From the human T2T-CHM13v2.0 reference genome, Homo sapiens: DNA of 64,000 bases. The stretch lies in assembly GCF_009914755.1 (NCBI RefSeq), contig NC_060926.1; one strand, given 5' to 3'. The notes below the pieces were generated by a model. The model was given only the letters and a program-made list of their open reading frames with translations. It searched no databases and had not been told where the DNA came from. Every line of letters begins with the position of its first letter. Positions within the stretch are counted from its first letter, which is position 1. The position numbers and the translations under genes are program-made. Below are positions 40,124 through 53,520 of this stretch, piece after piece.

Positions 40124-40854
40124 TTTTTTTTTAATTAATTTATTTTTTTATTATTATACTTTAAGTTTTAGGGTACATGTGCACATTGTGCAGGTTAGTT
40201 ACATACGTATACATGTGCCATGCTGGTGTGCTGCACCCACTAACTCGTCATCTAGCATTAGGTATATCTCCCAATGCTATCCCTCCCACCTCCCCACCCC
40301 CCGACAACAGTCCCCAGAGTGTGATGTTCCCCTTCCTGTGTCCATGTGATCTCATTGTTCAGTTCCCACCTATGAGTGAGAATATACGGTGTTTGGTTTT
40401 TTTGTTCTTGCGATAGTTTACTGAGAATGATGATTTCCAATTTCATCCGTGTCCCTACAAAGGACATGAACTCATCATTTTTTATGGCTGCATAGTATTC
40501 CATGGTGTATATGTGCCACATTTTCTTAATCCAGTCTATCATTGTTGGACATTTGGGTTGGTTCCAAGTCTTTGCTATTGTGAATAATGCCGCAATAAAC
40601 ATACGTGTGCATGTGTCTTTATAGCAGCATGATTTATAGTCCTTTGGGTATATACCCAGTAATGGGATGGCTGGGTCAAATGGTATTTCTAGTTCTAGAT
40701 CCCTGAGGAATCGCCACACTGACTTCCACAATGGTTGAACTAGTTTACAGTCCCACCAACAGTGTAAAAGTGTTCCTATTTCTCCACATCCTCTCCAGCA
40801 CCTGTTGTTTCCTGACTTTTTAATGATTGCCATTCTAACTGGTGTGAGATGGTA
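40124..40854 (-). mobile_element. 5'-truncated L1PA2-type element (731 bp) with no visible TSD
   Basis: Young diagnostics 'attgtgcaggttagttac', 'cccactaactcgtcatctagc' (GAG, not the L1HS-Ta ACA) and 'ccatgtgatctc'. ORF2 C-terminal CCHC region is translated at 40258-40833. Confidence 0.92.
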
Positions 40855-41099
40855 AAATGATAGAGTAGCCCACTTGGAAATAAGTGAAATTCATTTTGTT
40901 CTGAGTTTTGTTCATGCCAATACTCGAACATTAAAAGTAGGAAGAAAGACAATCCATTATCTTGTTGTTTCCAAATATAGAATTATCATATCAGAGAAGA
41001 ACTTCCTCTGCTTTCTATGAACCAACCTACCAAATATTTTGCAAAGTTTATCCCACCATTCAGGATCTGGATTCAATTTTATCTTAATCCCTTGGGAAT

Positions 41100-41420
41100 C
41101 TTACACCAATGACTATTCCTGTTTTCCTCTTTTCACTTACCTATATTTTCACACTCCTGTTTGCTATGATATCTTTTTCCATCAACATTTAAGCAAATTC
41201 TAGTGGTCTTCACATCTTAATTTTTGTAAATACTTTGTCCACAACCCCCTCTGACGCTCCTGCTGATATATCTTCTCCCTGACTTTTAAATGTAGATGTT
41301 CCCCAAGGAAGATTCTTTACCTTCTTCTCTTCTTAATATTCTCCCATAGGTGATTTCCTTCATATCCACGGTGTCTTTACCCATTAATACATGACATATT
41401 CCAAGTATATATTTCTGAAG
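41100..41420 (+). mobile_element. L2 internal fragment
   Basis: 'ttaaatgtagatgttccccaagg...cataggtgatttccttcatatccacgg...ccaagtatatatttct'. Confidence 0.55.
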
Positions 41421-41424
41421 TTAC

Positions 41425-41635
41425 TGTGGTTTGGTTTCCCCAGCAGCAGACCTGAGGACAAGAATTGAGTGTAAGTAGTTTATTTTGGAAGTGATCACAG
41501 GAGACACCAGTGCAAAAGGAAAGTGAGAAAAGGAAGGAAGCCGATCAAGGGTATGTTATCAAAACAATTGCCACTCTGAGTCAGTGGAATTCAATCAGAG
41601 GGAACTCTGGGACACAATATAGTTACTCAGGGACA
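41425..41635 (-). mobile_element. LTR33-like ERVL LTR fragment
   Basis: 'ggtttccccagcagcagacctgaggacaagaattgagtgtaagtagtttattttggaagtgatc...ggaagccgatcaagggtatgttatc'. Confidence 0.7.
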
Positions 41636-44600
41636 GGTAGGTTTAGCAGTGCAACATCCCCAGACATCTTTTCAAGAATGTTGCTTTAGCAAGTCTTCAT
41701 TTCTGTATGAATATAAGTTACGTTGATATGTGCAGTTACTTAGGATATTCTGTGGTTGTCTTCTTTTCTGTGGAGATGTAATGTACATATAATTGATTCA
41801 AATTGGTTTAAAAGGGTGTATTTATCTCAAGGGAAGAGGATAGACTAATACCTCTTGGACTTCAGTATATTATCATCATCATCGTTGTTGTTAAATTAAT
41901 AGATGCCACATAGATTATCAGATAGATCATCCTTTGACATTGTAATGGGAACATACTGCTCCCCACTTTTGGGAGGCTTCATACCTGTTCTGCTTATTTA
42001 AGAACGTACCTCTGGTTCTTGTTCTATCCTTTGATCTCCTGTTTCCTAGGTAGGAAATCTTTCTTTTCATATTAGTCCACTTCCTTTTCTTCTGGCACTT
42101 CATCATCTTACCTCCATCAGCTAAGTTTCTTGCCCAGTGACAACTAAGTGCATACATTTTCCCAATATATGCAACCTGTGCTGTGAAATCATTATAAACA
42201 CTAATGAAATTAACCAAATGGGGTAGGAGAGTATGGCATATGCAGGAGATAATAATACTGTGACTATAAGTATAAAGTAGAAAGTGAGGGAAGATTGATC
42301 ACTAACAAAGCCTTACACTAACAAAGGGATACAACTGTATCTCCTGCCTATCTGCTCATTCCACCCTTTAAAGAATCAGAGTCACACATTTTGGGAGGCA
42401 GGATAGTTTGTTGCTTATGTAAATATCAAACTGCAATTTGCCAAGCCCAGCTCTACCCATTTGCTAGGTTAATTTATTTCCCTAAGAAATAGAAGTAATA
42501 ACAGTATCTACATCATAGTGTTCTTATAGGCAAGTACCCCTACTTGGCCTTTTCCAAGTTCCTGTTTGAACATCACTAGATGTGTCTAACTCCAAAAAAT
42601 ATAGATAGCATATGTCTTCCATCTACCCAATGGAAGCTAACATACATGGTGGTGGCCTTTGTGCAACTCTCCTTCCAAGGAGGAATTTAAGATTGTTTTT
42701 TAAGGGTTTGTTTGTTTTAATTAAATGCCATTGTACATTCACGGATATATTTGGTCCGATGATAACTCCTCTCTCCTGTTACACACGTCACCCTTTGGTC
42801 CTAACATTATGATCACAGATGCCTGGGGAATTGAAAAAGTCCAAAAATTAGGGATCATCTAAGGTCCAGGGGAAATACACGATACATGCCTCACGTCATT
42901 CTTACTTCTCATGAGCCACAGATCTAGATGTGAGATACACATTCTTCGGTTCTTAGGGTTCTTTTCTTTCCATTCACTTCTTGGGAGTAGCAAAGAACAT
43001 ATTCCTTCCCTGCAAAGAGCTGAACCCTGATAGAGGAGCCATAACATGGGTGAAGCTCAAATAGAATCAGAATTTTCATATTAAAAATAAAAGGGAGACT
43101 TTTCCCTTCTCACCCTGATTTATTTAGGTGAGCAATTCTCTTATTGACTGACTGCTAGACTTCTTAAGTGCATACTTAAGGCTCTGAAGTCTTACTTTTA
43201 AAATTAAATATCAACTAGGAAAGCAGAAATCTGCTGTCAGCAATTTGAAAATGTTGTTTAAGATATTCAACTTTGTTTTCAATGAGCCATGTAATGGTTC
43301 TTTTAGTAAAGGGATAAGTATAATATTTGTAAGTAGATGTAGTACATACACAAATACACACATACGCACACACATACACATGCCATGTGCATTGCTTACC
43401 CATAGGTAGACATTCATCAGGCGATATATGCACCTCTGAACCCTAAGCACCCTCAGCGTGTAAATGCAGGAGTTGGGCTGTTGCACATACTCCCCATTGT
43501 GAGTTATGGTTTATAGAATAATTTGCTCAGCTGAGGATCAGTCTAATGATTTGCAATCAGCAATGATTTCTACTGATTCAGCTGATGTCTTAACCTCCTC
43601 ACAGTATTCATTAAGTAATTTTTTGATATTTATGTTCCACTCCTGTACTTTATTTTCTAGCACTGTGGTTAACATGTAGGAAATAAATCCCTGACAGCTA
43701 AGTTTAATCACTACAAAGAAGAGACTGTTCATTACATACTTGTTTATGTTTTGTTACATGAAAATTTCCTGTAACTAAATAATGCATTATGATCTAGTTT
43801 GTTGTGGTGGTGTTGTAGTTGTTGCAGACTGGGCAGTGTGAAAGGGCTAAAGGATCAAAAAGTGGCAGTGAAGGGCAAGGGGGTGAGGCCAAGATCAAAT
43901 TATTTTTGCTCTCAGAGCAGCCAGACAAGTAAAGCAAAGATTTGAAAGAAATTAATCTAGCTCAGAAAATTTTGAAATTCTCTGTTCAGGACGGAAAAAA
44001 ATAAAAGGCATCAATAGTGACTGGTAAACAGCTGGCGAGAAGAATGACTGATATAGAAATCAGACACAGGCCCTAGCCTGACTCTTATATGAAAGAAGTA
44101 ACACCCAAAGAAATAGCATTTACGGGAAAATCATATTTCCAAGTTATTTGAAAGTAGATTGGATTCTACTTTCTCTCTCTGGACTTGGACATACTGCTAC
44201 CCTTGCAGTGCCTTTGCCTGCACCTTCTTGTGCATCTGGGAATGATAAGAATACCATTGTGCTTGGCACATAGGTAGGCCTTAATAAATGTAAGCTATTG
44301 TTATTCCTTGGTATATGCTAAACATTTTATTTCCATGTATATATTTACTGCGAGAATTAAAAGGAGAGTTTTCACCTACACAATATGAACTGTAAAGATA
44401 TTTACCTGTGTTATTTAGGAGGTTCCCCATTATTACATTGTTTCATTTTTAAATTTGATTTTGGTGTGGGAGTATTCAAAAATGGAATATTTCACAAATA
44501 TTTGAATCATTTTGGGGCTAGCCTATTCTTTACCAATAAGGTTGGGTATTAAATAACATCACAATATTTATTCAGACAACAATCTGCATTTTACTAAACA

Positions 44601-45530
44601 CACTGATTCTTTTTAACATCAGATTAATTGTTGAATTATCTTCTTAAAAAGTCATAATGAGTCCGATTGATTTGTGAAACCTTAATATACAAGGTTCATG
44701 TACAATGTTTTTATTGTTCTGATCAGGAGGCTCCAGGAATGAGTTTTCTGTGGTTGCTGGTAGCTTGAGGGTGAAAAATGAAAACAGTGAATCCCTCTGA
44801 AAAGAGTCAAACCAACATCAACAGGCAGCACTGGAGTTAGAAAATATGACGCTTTTGGAGGCCTCACATACTCCTATCTTGATCCATCCATTGATACTAG
44901 TATGGCAAGTAGGTGTGAGTGAAACTGACCTGTTTGGTCACACATCTAGAATTTTCTGAAATGTTAAGAGTGCTTTATTTCTCTGGATACAATTCTAACT
45001 ATCATCTTAACTATCCTAGGTCACAAAATGTCAACATAACCGAGAAGTAGTCAAACAATGGGCCTGTATTATTAGAAAACTTCAGAAAGTACTAATCAAC
45101 TTGCCCCTTAACAAGACTACTGGGAGCTCATTTGTCATTTACAAGGGTTCTGGGTCATCTAGGTTTTCCATTCTGACCTTATGAAAACATTCAAAGGATC
45201 CCGAACTCTACTTCATCCCTTGACCATTTCAAAGTAACATCTTTGCTCTTGGTCTCAGCATTGGAATTTTTCCCAAGCACCTTCCTGGATTGCTTTGTCT
45301 TATCAGCAGGTGTACATGCTAATAGCCACTACTGCTACTTATCCCATCATTTTTCACCTTATCGCTCTGATTTATTACTGTTTTGACTTTGATTTTGGAA
45401 TCCATTGTTTATTCCTTTGCATACTAATGAGATGTCCTGCCTTGAAGGGGTGTGGCGGCTCCCCTTTTCCCATCTCATGTTATTTGTACAAGGTTGATTT
45501 ACATTAGCTAGTTTTATATACAATGACCTC

Positions 45531-45533
<3 letters not shown>

Positions 45534-45565
<32 letters not shown>
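45534..45565 (+). repeat. (GT)16 microsatellite
   Basis: Perfect repeat read directly. Confidence 0.97.
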
Positions 45566-45567
<2 letters not shown>

Positions 45568-45619
45568 CATTCCTTCTGTTTTTAATTTTCTGCCGACAAC
45601 TAAGAAAAATTTACTAAAA

Positions 45620-45810
45620 GAAAAACAACAACAACAACAATAATAAAAAGGGTAAGAGGAAACTTTGAGAGATGATGGACATGTTTATGGCCTTGAAGTT
45701 GGTGATGGTTTCACGGTATATAATTGTCCCAAATTCATCAAAATGTATATGTTACATATGTGCAGCTTTTTATATGTCAATCATATCTCAATAAAGTGAT
45801 TTTTTTAAAA
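45620..45810 (+). mobile_element. L1MC/L1MD-type extreme 3' end
   Basis: 'ggaaactttgagagatgatggacatgtttat...ggtgatggtttcacgg...atatgtgcagc...ctcaataaag'. Confidence 0.8.
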
Positions 45811-46057
45811 AACCTTTTAAGGAAAAGACTAAAGTTGAAATGTGCTGTCAGAATTTTCCCCTTCTCATTATATTTCCTAGGAACTATGGCTGTCCTTTAA
45901 TATTTATCACTAATGTATTAGAATAAAACACAGTTGTTACTGAAGAGGTTTTTTTTCAAAAGACACTTGCCACCAAATGTATGTCTCATTTCTTCCCAAA
46001 GAGAGATTTTATACCCAGAGCTAATCTCAATCATTCTTAAAAATCATTTATTTTCAA

Positions 46058-46760
46058 ATCAATCAATCATTTATTTTCAGAAAAACTTAGCATATACAGT
46101 GTTCCAGTAATGAGCTAAGTGTTTGGGATATATGAGTGAAAAAATATAATTTATGCCCCCAAGGAGCTAACAGAGATGTAATCAAGTAAATGGACCTTAT
46201 TCTATAATGGGATAAATCTTACAATGCAGTAGTTGAGATGCAAGGCACAAACATAAGAGAGCACGTTCCTTGGTAAATCAGGGAGGGCTTTACAGAAGTG
46301 GTGATATGGACCTGACTCTTGAAAAAGGAATAAAAGTTGGCCAAATACACCTAAGACTTAAGACAAAGACTACTGCTAAGGAAGGAACAGGGTAAAAGGC
46401 AAAAAGATATGAGAAAATGAGGCACATTTGGAGAATGTGTGGGTATCATGTGAGCTGAGTGACATCAAATTAAACTGGGAACTTTGGAGACCCATCATGA
46501 AGAACCTTGTAGGTGATCCTACAAATATTAGATTTCTGTCTATAAATTGAGTACCAAAAGACTCACTTGTGGAAAAACTTAAAAGTGTATATTCTCAGAA
46601 CCCACTTGCCTCAAAACTCTAGTTCAGTAGACTGGGGATAGGTATTGGAATTCTGCATTTAAAATCCTCCTATGTGATTTTTGGAGCACACCACAAAGCG
46701 AAGGCTTTGAAGAAATCTGAGCAAGCAAGGTAGTTACATAACCAGAATTGCATGTCAAAT
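46058..46760 (-). mobile_element. L2 fragment interrupted by a MER5A-like element (~46552-46712)
   Basis: L2 tail 'aatcaatcatttatt...gcccccaaggagct' and 'aaatcagggagggctttacagaag'; MER5A motif 'ttcagtagactgggga...ggaattctgcattt'. Confidence 0.6.
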
Positions 46761-47382
46761 CCTTTGGTAATATTTTAGAGAATGCCAAAACAACTATTTG
46801 GTCAAGTCATTCAAACTAGTGATCAGCACAGTAAAAATATTTGCCAAACTGATTGGCCAATTCAGGCTGAAAGGTGATCCAATGGTCTGACTTGGAACCC
46901 TTTTAAAGAATTTCTCTGAGCTTATTGTTCTACAGAATAGTGTTATTGTTTGACCTTGGACTTCCTTCAGTAACATAACCCAATTTCCGAGTTTTGGTGG
47001 TTTATGTTCCAGATATTATCCTTGCGTAACCTTCAGGTTTTGTCACCTCCATATCAGTGTTAATGTAAATCAGGAATTCAGCATTGCAAATGGTTTACTT
47101 GAGCTCCTATTGGTAATAATATAAGTAAATTTGTAAAATATACTCAATTTCATACCAGCTGGTAATCTGGTAAGCCCAATAACTTTTTTCTAGTTATTTC
47201 TTATTTTTAAAAGTACTGTCCAGTCTGACCTCTTAGAATGGTGCCTTTATTAGACTGTAGATGTTAGATCTGAAGGTGTTTTAGAATCTCACTACAAACC
47301 CCAAGCACTTAAGACTTATCCATGCTGTCAAAGGTTATTCTCATGCAGTTGGAGGTAAAATAGGATTTGGGTCTGCATTGTT

Positions 47383-47769
47383 TTTCCTCTTCCAACTACA
47401 TGTCTATGTGAAGCTGGATTTTCTTCATCTATTTCAACCACAAAACATGTCTGGCAGATTGAATGCAGAAGCTGATATGAGAGTCTAGCTATCTTCTATT
47501 AAGCCAAATGTGAAAAAGGTTTGTCAAAATGTAAAACAATGCCATTTCCTAATTATTTTGTTTAAAAAAATATTTTTTCATAAAATACAGTATGTTATGG
47601 TATACTGTTTCATGTTACTTCATAAAAAATAATATTTTAAATTTTCTGTTTTAATTTCTGATATGGTAAATATTGATAGCTGTAGTCGATAGAAATCAAA
47701 GCTCTTTAGGATCCTCAATAATTTTAAGTGTAAAGGTGACATGAGATCAAAATGTTTGAGGAAGATTGG
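47383..47769. mobile_element. Charlie1-type hAT transposon terminal fragment
   Basis: 'caactacatgtctatgtgaagctggattttcttc...gattgaatgcagaagctgatatgag...aaagctctttaggatcctcaataattt...aaaatgtttgag'. Confidence 0.75.
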
Positions 47770-47982
47770 CCTACATAAAAGGGAGAGATTAATAAAAATG
47801 TGGTATATTGGATAGCATTCAGTTCATTTGAGAAATTTAATTTGGGCCCTTTCTTTCTTGAATTAAATTCTTTAGACATTACTTCTAAAGACTCTATCTT
47901 GTATAGACATAATAACAATTTTTTTTTCTAACAGTAGTAATAACTGGCAAAAATTCATGTTGATTAGAATATGCCCAACTGC

Positions 47983-48008
47983 AAAAAAAAAAAAAAAAAA
48001 AAAAAAAA
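47983..48008 (+). repeat. Poly(A)26 tract
   Basis: Read directly; no upstream element body or TSD. Confidence 0.95.
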
Positions 48009-48519
48009 CTTTTTCTTTTCTTGCAGGAAGTGCACATGCATTTGTGTGCATGTTCAGTAGAGAAACATGAGAGTCTGGAAGTGCTGGAACAGGGAAAACT
48101 TGGATTTCCCAAGATTCCCACCAAATGGATATTTTATTGCTCTGTGTGGCCACACTAGCCATGTGCCCTCTTGAGGCACTTTTTGCCCCACGCTCTTGTA
48201 AAATCTTTTCCAATATTGAGACATGTATTGCTTTCTAGATTTTCTTCAAAAAGAATATCTTTGTTTACTGTAATTTTTAGAAGATTTTATATATATACTA
48301 TACTAATATATGTAATAAATATGTAATATAATTAATTATATAATTACTATACAATAAGATTGTGTACATAATCTTTTAAGCTAAGATTATGTGTATATAT
48401 GCATGTATCTTTTTCCTTTCCATTCAGCTTTCATTTTATTTTCTGATCCAATTTCTGACGCCTTAAGATTCTTTTGCATTACTTTTCAGACCTCATCAGG
48501 GTTTGCTTTTCAATTTTGA

Positions 48520-48800
48520 TGTGCAGATTTTATTATTACATTATTGTTTACTTCCTCCTGCAGATCATTAATGAAGATGTTAAATAAGACAAGACAAAAT
48601 ACCAGGCCTCCAAGCTCTGCACTAAAAAAATCTCCTTTCTCCATGATATATTGTCATTTACTGTTGCCCTGTTCCATTTATCACTACAAGCTAGGTTTCA
48701 ATACATATGACCGTGCTCATATCTAATTTGAATTAATTTTGCAAGTAAGATTTTGTGAGGCCTTGCATAAAGTGATCCACCAAAATCAAGACAGATCACT
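48520..48800 (-). mobile_element. L3/CR1-like fragment
   Basis: 'cagatcattaatgaagatgttaaataagaca' resembles the CR1/L3 RT region in antisense. Confidence 0.45.
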
Positions 48801-50444
48801 GTCATCTTTTAAGGAAAAACCTGTTTCCTTGCTAATTTTGCAACTCTTCTCCCTCCTATAACCCTAAGCCCCCTCCATGCCACCATCTGTCACTACTCAA
48901 GTTCTTTTTGTTTTTGTAAGAAAAAATTAATTTAGTTTATGTGGTCATTATCCACCAATGTGCCATCCTCAAGACGCTCAGGTGTGGCCTCCTTTTGACT
49001 CTTGTAAACCTAAATCCTCTGATTCCAGAGACTTTTCTTGCCAGAGACCTTGGTCTTATTTTTCCTCCCCCATTTTCTTTTCACATATGTATCCAGAACT
49101 TTAGGGTCATTTTTACTCATTTTGGGACTACTCTCTGATACTCATATGGTACCCTTGGTTAGAATCACACCTTCCCAGTTCCCCACCCACATCCTTTCTT
49201 CAGGGATTTACCTCAGGGGTTGTGGGGCTTTTTTGATAGTAGAGTTCTGTGGCAGGAATTGTCATATACGTAGAGATATCTGATGTCAAGAAAAAGCTTA
49301 AGATTCAGTCCATAGGCCTCATAGCTGAACTCGGAAGTTGAAATCCCCAAACCACATCTTGTCTTCTTGTTGGGAAATAAGATAGGCAATGGTCACAGAG
49401 GAATATAATTTATTTACAGTTGATGGGGCAGGAAAGCCACATCCCCATGCCCAATCTCTGTCCACAGGAGAGAGAGGAAGGTGATTGTATGGCAGAATTA
49501 GGGCATAGCAAGGGGACCAGCTCCAGAATATATATCCTAAGCACTTTGCAAACTCAGAAACGGCATCTTTTAGGATCATCCTGGCATCATCTTTTAAAAT
49601 AAAAATATCCCTCAAAAGAAGGTTTTAATAAAATTTAACTGGAACTTATTATTAATGAATGTCTTACCTTCTTGCAAGGGCCTGCATACCAAAGGGCAGG
49701 GAAAGCAAATGAAGAGAAGGTGAGATGTGGGAAGAAGAGTGAAAGCTGGGGTTTGAGACGCAGTTCTGCAAAAGCTGGTGTCCTAAGCAGTAACACCCTA
49801 GTGGGTTTGGGAAGAGATAGTGAATAACTTGAAACAATGAACAAGGATCAGGATGGCGAAGCAAACTCATCCCCAAGCCAGTCACCAGAATATCACAGGG
49901 GACAGGGGGCAGTCATTCACTTACTTCTTCACTCATTCATTAATTATCCATTCGTCCATCCAAAATAACATTTTTAAGCACTCCTTATTTCCCAGTTGCA
50001 ACAGTAGAAACCAAAAAAAATTCAAGCATTGCCCTTAAGTATTTCACAATGAAATGACATTGCTTCCAGAAAGTCAAGCAGTTAGATTAGAGTCCAGGAT
50101 ATGGAAGTAGTTTCAGAAATGTTAGAGGACACCAAAGAGAATCAATTACCCAGGGGTCTAGGGAAATGATCACTCTTTTCTTCTATGCAGGTGCAGGGTG
50201 GGAGAAGGGTTGGGGGCGTGTCAGGGAGGATGTTTCTTCATGGAAACTTGCCTGTTGGCCTAGCAAAATGAAATTCAACCTCCCTGCTCTGTGGAAGTAA
50301 TCCAACTCTGCTTCACGTCTTGGTTGAGCAACAACAAAAGGGACAATGCCTTCCTTAACTATCTTTTGTTATTATAGAGCTCAGGATGAAGGCATGAGGA
50401 GGAAGACTGGAATAAGTTGCAAAGGCAAAATGGTATCAAGGTAT

Positions 50445-50865
50445 GCTGGTGCTGTATCGATTTTAGTTTTATTGCATTTTAATCAGGAGCTATAGTGTAC
50501 TGAGTGATGCTCTGCCCAGGGATCTTTTTTGCCCAGGAAGCATGCTTGATCTACTTGCAAGACAAGGGAAGAGTGCATGTCTTCAACCAAGGCAAGGAGT
50601 TGGTGGATGATTGGCTCCATTTTTTGGTACTTTAGTTAGAATAATTGATAAGCGTCCTCCATTGCCTACCAGAGTTTTCTGGAGGTCTCGACCTCCAGTT
50701 GCTGTCAGGTAACTGACTTGATACCACAACTTCATGTTCTTCTTTCCTTCCTGAGTCACTTCCCCACTTTCGTGTCAGCACTTCCTGGGACTACCTTCCA
50801 AAGAAATCACTCATACTTGAGTGCTTGTCTCAGGGTCTGCTTCTATGGAAACCCAAACCAAGACA
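50445..50865 (+). mobile_element. LTR16-like ERVL LTR
   Basis: 3' end 'cttgtctcagggtctgcttctatggaaacccaaaccaagaca' and internal 'ctccagttgctgtcaggtaact'. The start is approximate. Confidence 0.75.
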
Positions 50866-51289
50866 AATCATTTCTTGAACTTCTGCATGCACAGTTGCCA
50901 ACAATGCTTAAAAAGACCTGCCTAAGTGTAGTCTTCTCTTTGACCTTTTCTTCAACTTGCCCAAACAATCATTCGGCCTTCTTGTTCCCACAGCATTGTA
51001 CTTTGTTATGACAGTACTCTAATTGGGTAACCCAGTCCCCTTGACAGGATTGATTCCAATCCCCTTTCCATAGGCTATAGAAAGGCCAATGACCTCCCCA
51101 AGATTACCCTGACATCTAGTTGGCTTACAATTTTAAGGTTTCTGAGATTCTAGTGAAATATTGCCGAATTCTTATTCCCTGCCCTGCAGCTTGTGGCTGT
51201 TCCCTTGTCTCCATGCTGACCTTAATCCAAATATGGAACTCAATACTTTCCATGATTTCCACCAGAAATAGCAAAGAAATACTGTTCAT

Positions 51290-51520
51290 AGCCATTCATT
51301 CCTTCAAAAAATATTTCTTGAGCATAAATGTCATTCTAGACATCATTTTAGGTTCTATTAAGAATAAACAAGACTGACAGGGTTCCTGTTGAATTATGAT
51401 CTCAAACTTCATTTTTTCCCCATTTATTTACTGGTTCATTCATCAAACAATTGTTAAGTATGTACTATTTGCCAGGCATGTATTCTGGAGCTACAAGAAT
51501 GAGCAGTTCCTTCCCTCAAA
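51290..51520 (-). mobile_element. Two adjacent L2 3' end fragments
   Basis: 'cattcattccttcaaaaaatatttcttgagc' and 'ttcattcatcaaacaattgttaagtatgtactatttgccaggca'. Confidence 0.6.
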
Positions 51521-52828
51521 TCATTGCTGGCCAACAAATACAAAGTACTTCCTCACTCTGTAATAATCAGGAAAGCCAGTGGGGGTGGAGGGGTGGGTGA
51601 GGGTGGGCAGGTTTCTAATTTTTCATCCTCTATGATTTAGGGAATATAGGCCCAGCTCAACCTTAAGGTGTAGCAAAAAAAAAAAAAGATGGCTAAGAAT
51701 CCAGGTTACCAAGATATGGCTCAAGAAGGCCAGTGGACTCAGAATCAGGAAAAGAACAAAGTGCAGGTCACTCAGGTAGCTATAGTAGCCCATCAAGAGA
51801 AGCTAGGACATTAGGAACTGGGGACAAAGCCTGAGCTTGGGTGTCAGGGATGGGGGGAGGGAGGAGAGATACAAAAACCAAACCAAATAAAGCTCACACC
51901 ATCCTTTAAGAACAGTTGCCAGAGCAGAATGTGGAGTAACCCAACAGCAGTGACCTGGTGGCTCTAATTTCCCAGTCCTTGTTATGACTATATTCAGCCC
52001 ATCATTTTTGTTTTCAAAGGCTTGATTAAAACAACTGATAATAGTATCATCAGTGCCAATATAACTGCTACAAGAAACTTATTGGCAATCCAGCTAATTG
52101 GGTAATTTGGAATATACTTGAATAGGTCAAACCTGAGATACCCTGATTAGTGGTTTGTGGCTTTCCTATTCAAGTTGTAATCATTCTCCTCACTCGGAAG
52201 AATGAATGTCCTTGTATATAATAATGAGCCGGTTGATTTTCTCTTAATTGAGCTCATAGTGTAACCAGACCCCCTCATTCACTGGGAGTTGGCTCTCAGC
52301 TCCCCTTTCCGTTGGTTAGGAGACACCAGTACTTACACAGGCATTGTAGTGTTCTTTTATGCCTCATGAATCTTGTCTCTGTGTTACTGTATAAATCCAT
52401 GAAAGAAACTCGAGACATCTACAGTAGATATTAATCTTAAACTATGTTAGGGTCATACCTCAGCAAGTCTGTCCTATTTTTCTTGTTGCTCCTTTCCCTC
52501 TTTGTTTTTCTTCAACTTCACTTTCCTTTGAGAGACTGTACACTCCCCAGTGACTAAGCCTCCTGTTCCTCTCTTGCAGAGTATCTCTACCTATCACATT
52601 CCTCTTTAATTCTTCCCCATATCATCTTTTTTTCACTAGTAGCATAGCCTCGGTATAAAAGTAAATATTTAACTTATACATCTTTGCCAATTTTTAGTAT
52701 CATATCATGTGATTTTAGTCCCTATCTAAGTTTTGGGTTCTTCTTATGCTATAAATCTATAGAGGCTACAGAGAATAACACTGTGAGAAAAACAAACAAA
52801 CAAACTTTGTGTTGTTACTGTTTAGTGG

Positions 52829-53135
52829 TTTTATTTTTTGGTTTGTTTGTTTTGAGACAGGGTCTTACTCTGTCACCTAAGCTGGAATGCAGTGACACGA
52901 TCATAGCTCACTTCAGTCGCAAATTCCTGGACTTAAGCGATCCTCCTGAGAAGCTGGGACGACAGGCTACAGGTGTGTGCCACCACACCTGGCTATTTTT
53001 TATTTTTTTTAATTTTTGTAAAGATGAGTCTTGCCATGTTGCCTATGCTAGTCTGGAACTCCTGGCTTCAAGTGATCCTCCCACCTCAGCCTTCCAAAGT
53101 GCTGGGATTACAGGCATGAGTCACTGTGCCCATCC
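52829..53135 (-). mobile_element. AluJ
   Basis: Antisense Alu with J-type 'gagacagggtcttactctgtcacc...gatcatagctcac' and 'caagtgatcctcccacctcagc'. Confidence 0.9.
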
Positions 53136-53146
53136 TACTATTCTTT

Positions 53147-53520
53147 TTTTTTATTTTTTTTTTTGCATACATTAAGGTTTATTCTCTATGTTGTATGTTT
53201 TTATGGGTTTTAACAGATGTTCAATATCTTATAGTCACCATTACAGTATCATACAGAATAGTTTCACTGCCCTAAAAAACAACAACAACAACAACAACAA
53301 CAAACAAAAAAAAAACCTATTCTTCATCTATTCAGGTCTCTTGCCCATTTCCTGGATTCCTGGGATCCATGGATCTATTTCTCATCTCTCCAGTTTTGTC
53401 TTTTCTAGAATGTCATGTAGTTGGAATCATGTAATCTGCAGCCTTTTAGGACTGTCTTCTTGCACTTAGCAATGTGCATTTAAGATTCATCCACATCTTG
53501 TGGTAGCTTGACAGCTCATT
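53147..53520 (-). mobile_element. 3'-transduced segment (old L1MC-type 3' UTR fragment plus a second poly(A)) carried by the adjacent L1PA
   Basis: Lies inside the TSD pair cctactattcttt (53134-53146 and 59703-59715). Minus-strand AATAAA at 53178-53183 is 13 nt upstream of a poly(A) at 53147-53164. Confidence 0.8.

Noticed and set aside
40124-40854. Human-specific L1HS-Ta element
   Set aside because: The 3' UTR diagnostic reads GAG rather than ACA or ACG, which fits L1PA2.
47983-48008. Isolated poly(A) tracts (also near 63515-63537) as retrocopy tails
   Set aside because: No TSD and no clear retroposed body adjacent.
48366-48392. 10-bp hairpin acataatctt/aagattatgt
   Set aside because: Short, AT-rich and next to low-complexity sequence; compatible with chance.
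52684-53175. 163-aa ORF
   Set aside because: Mostly antisense AluJ translation with no coding signature.
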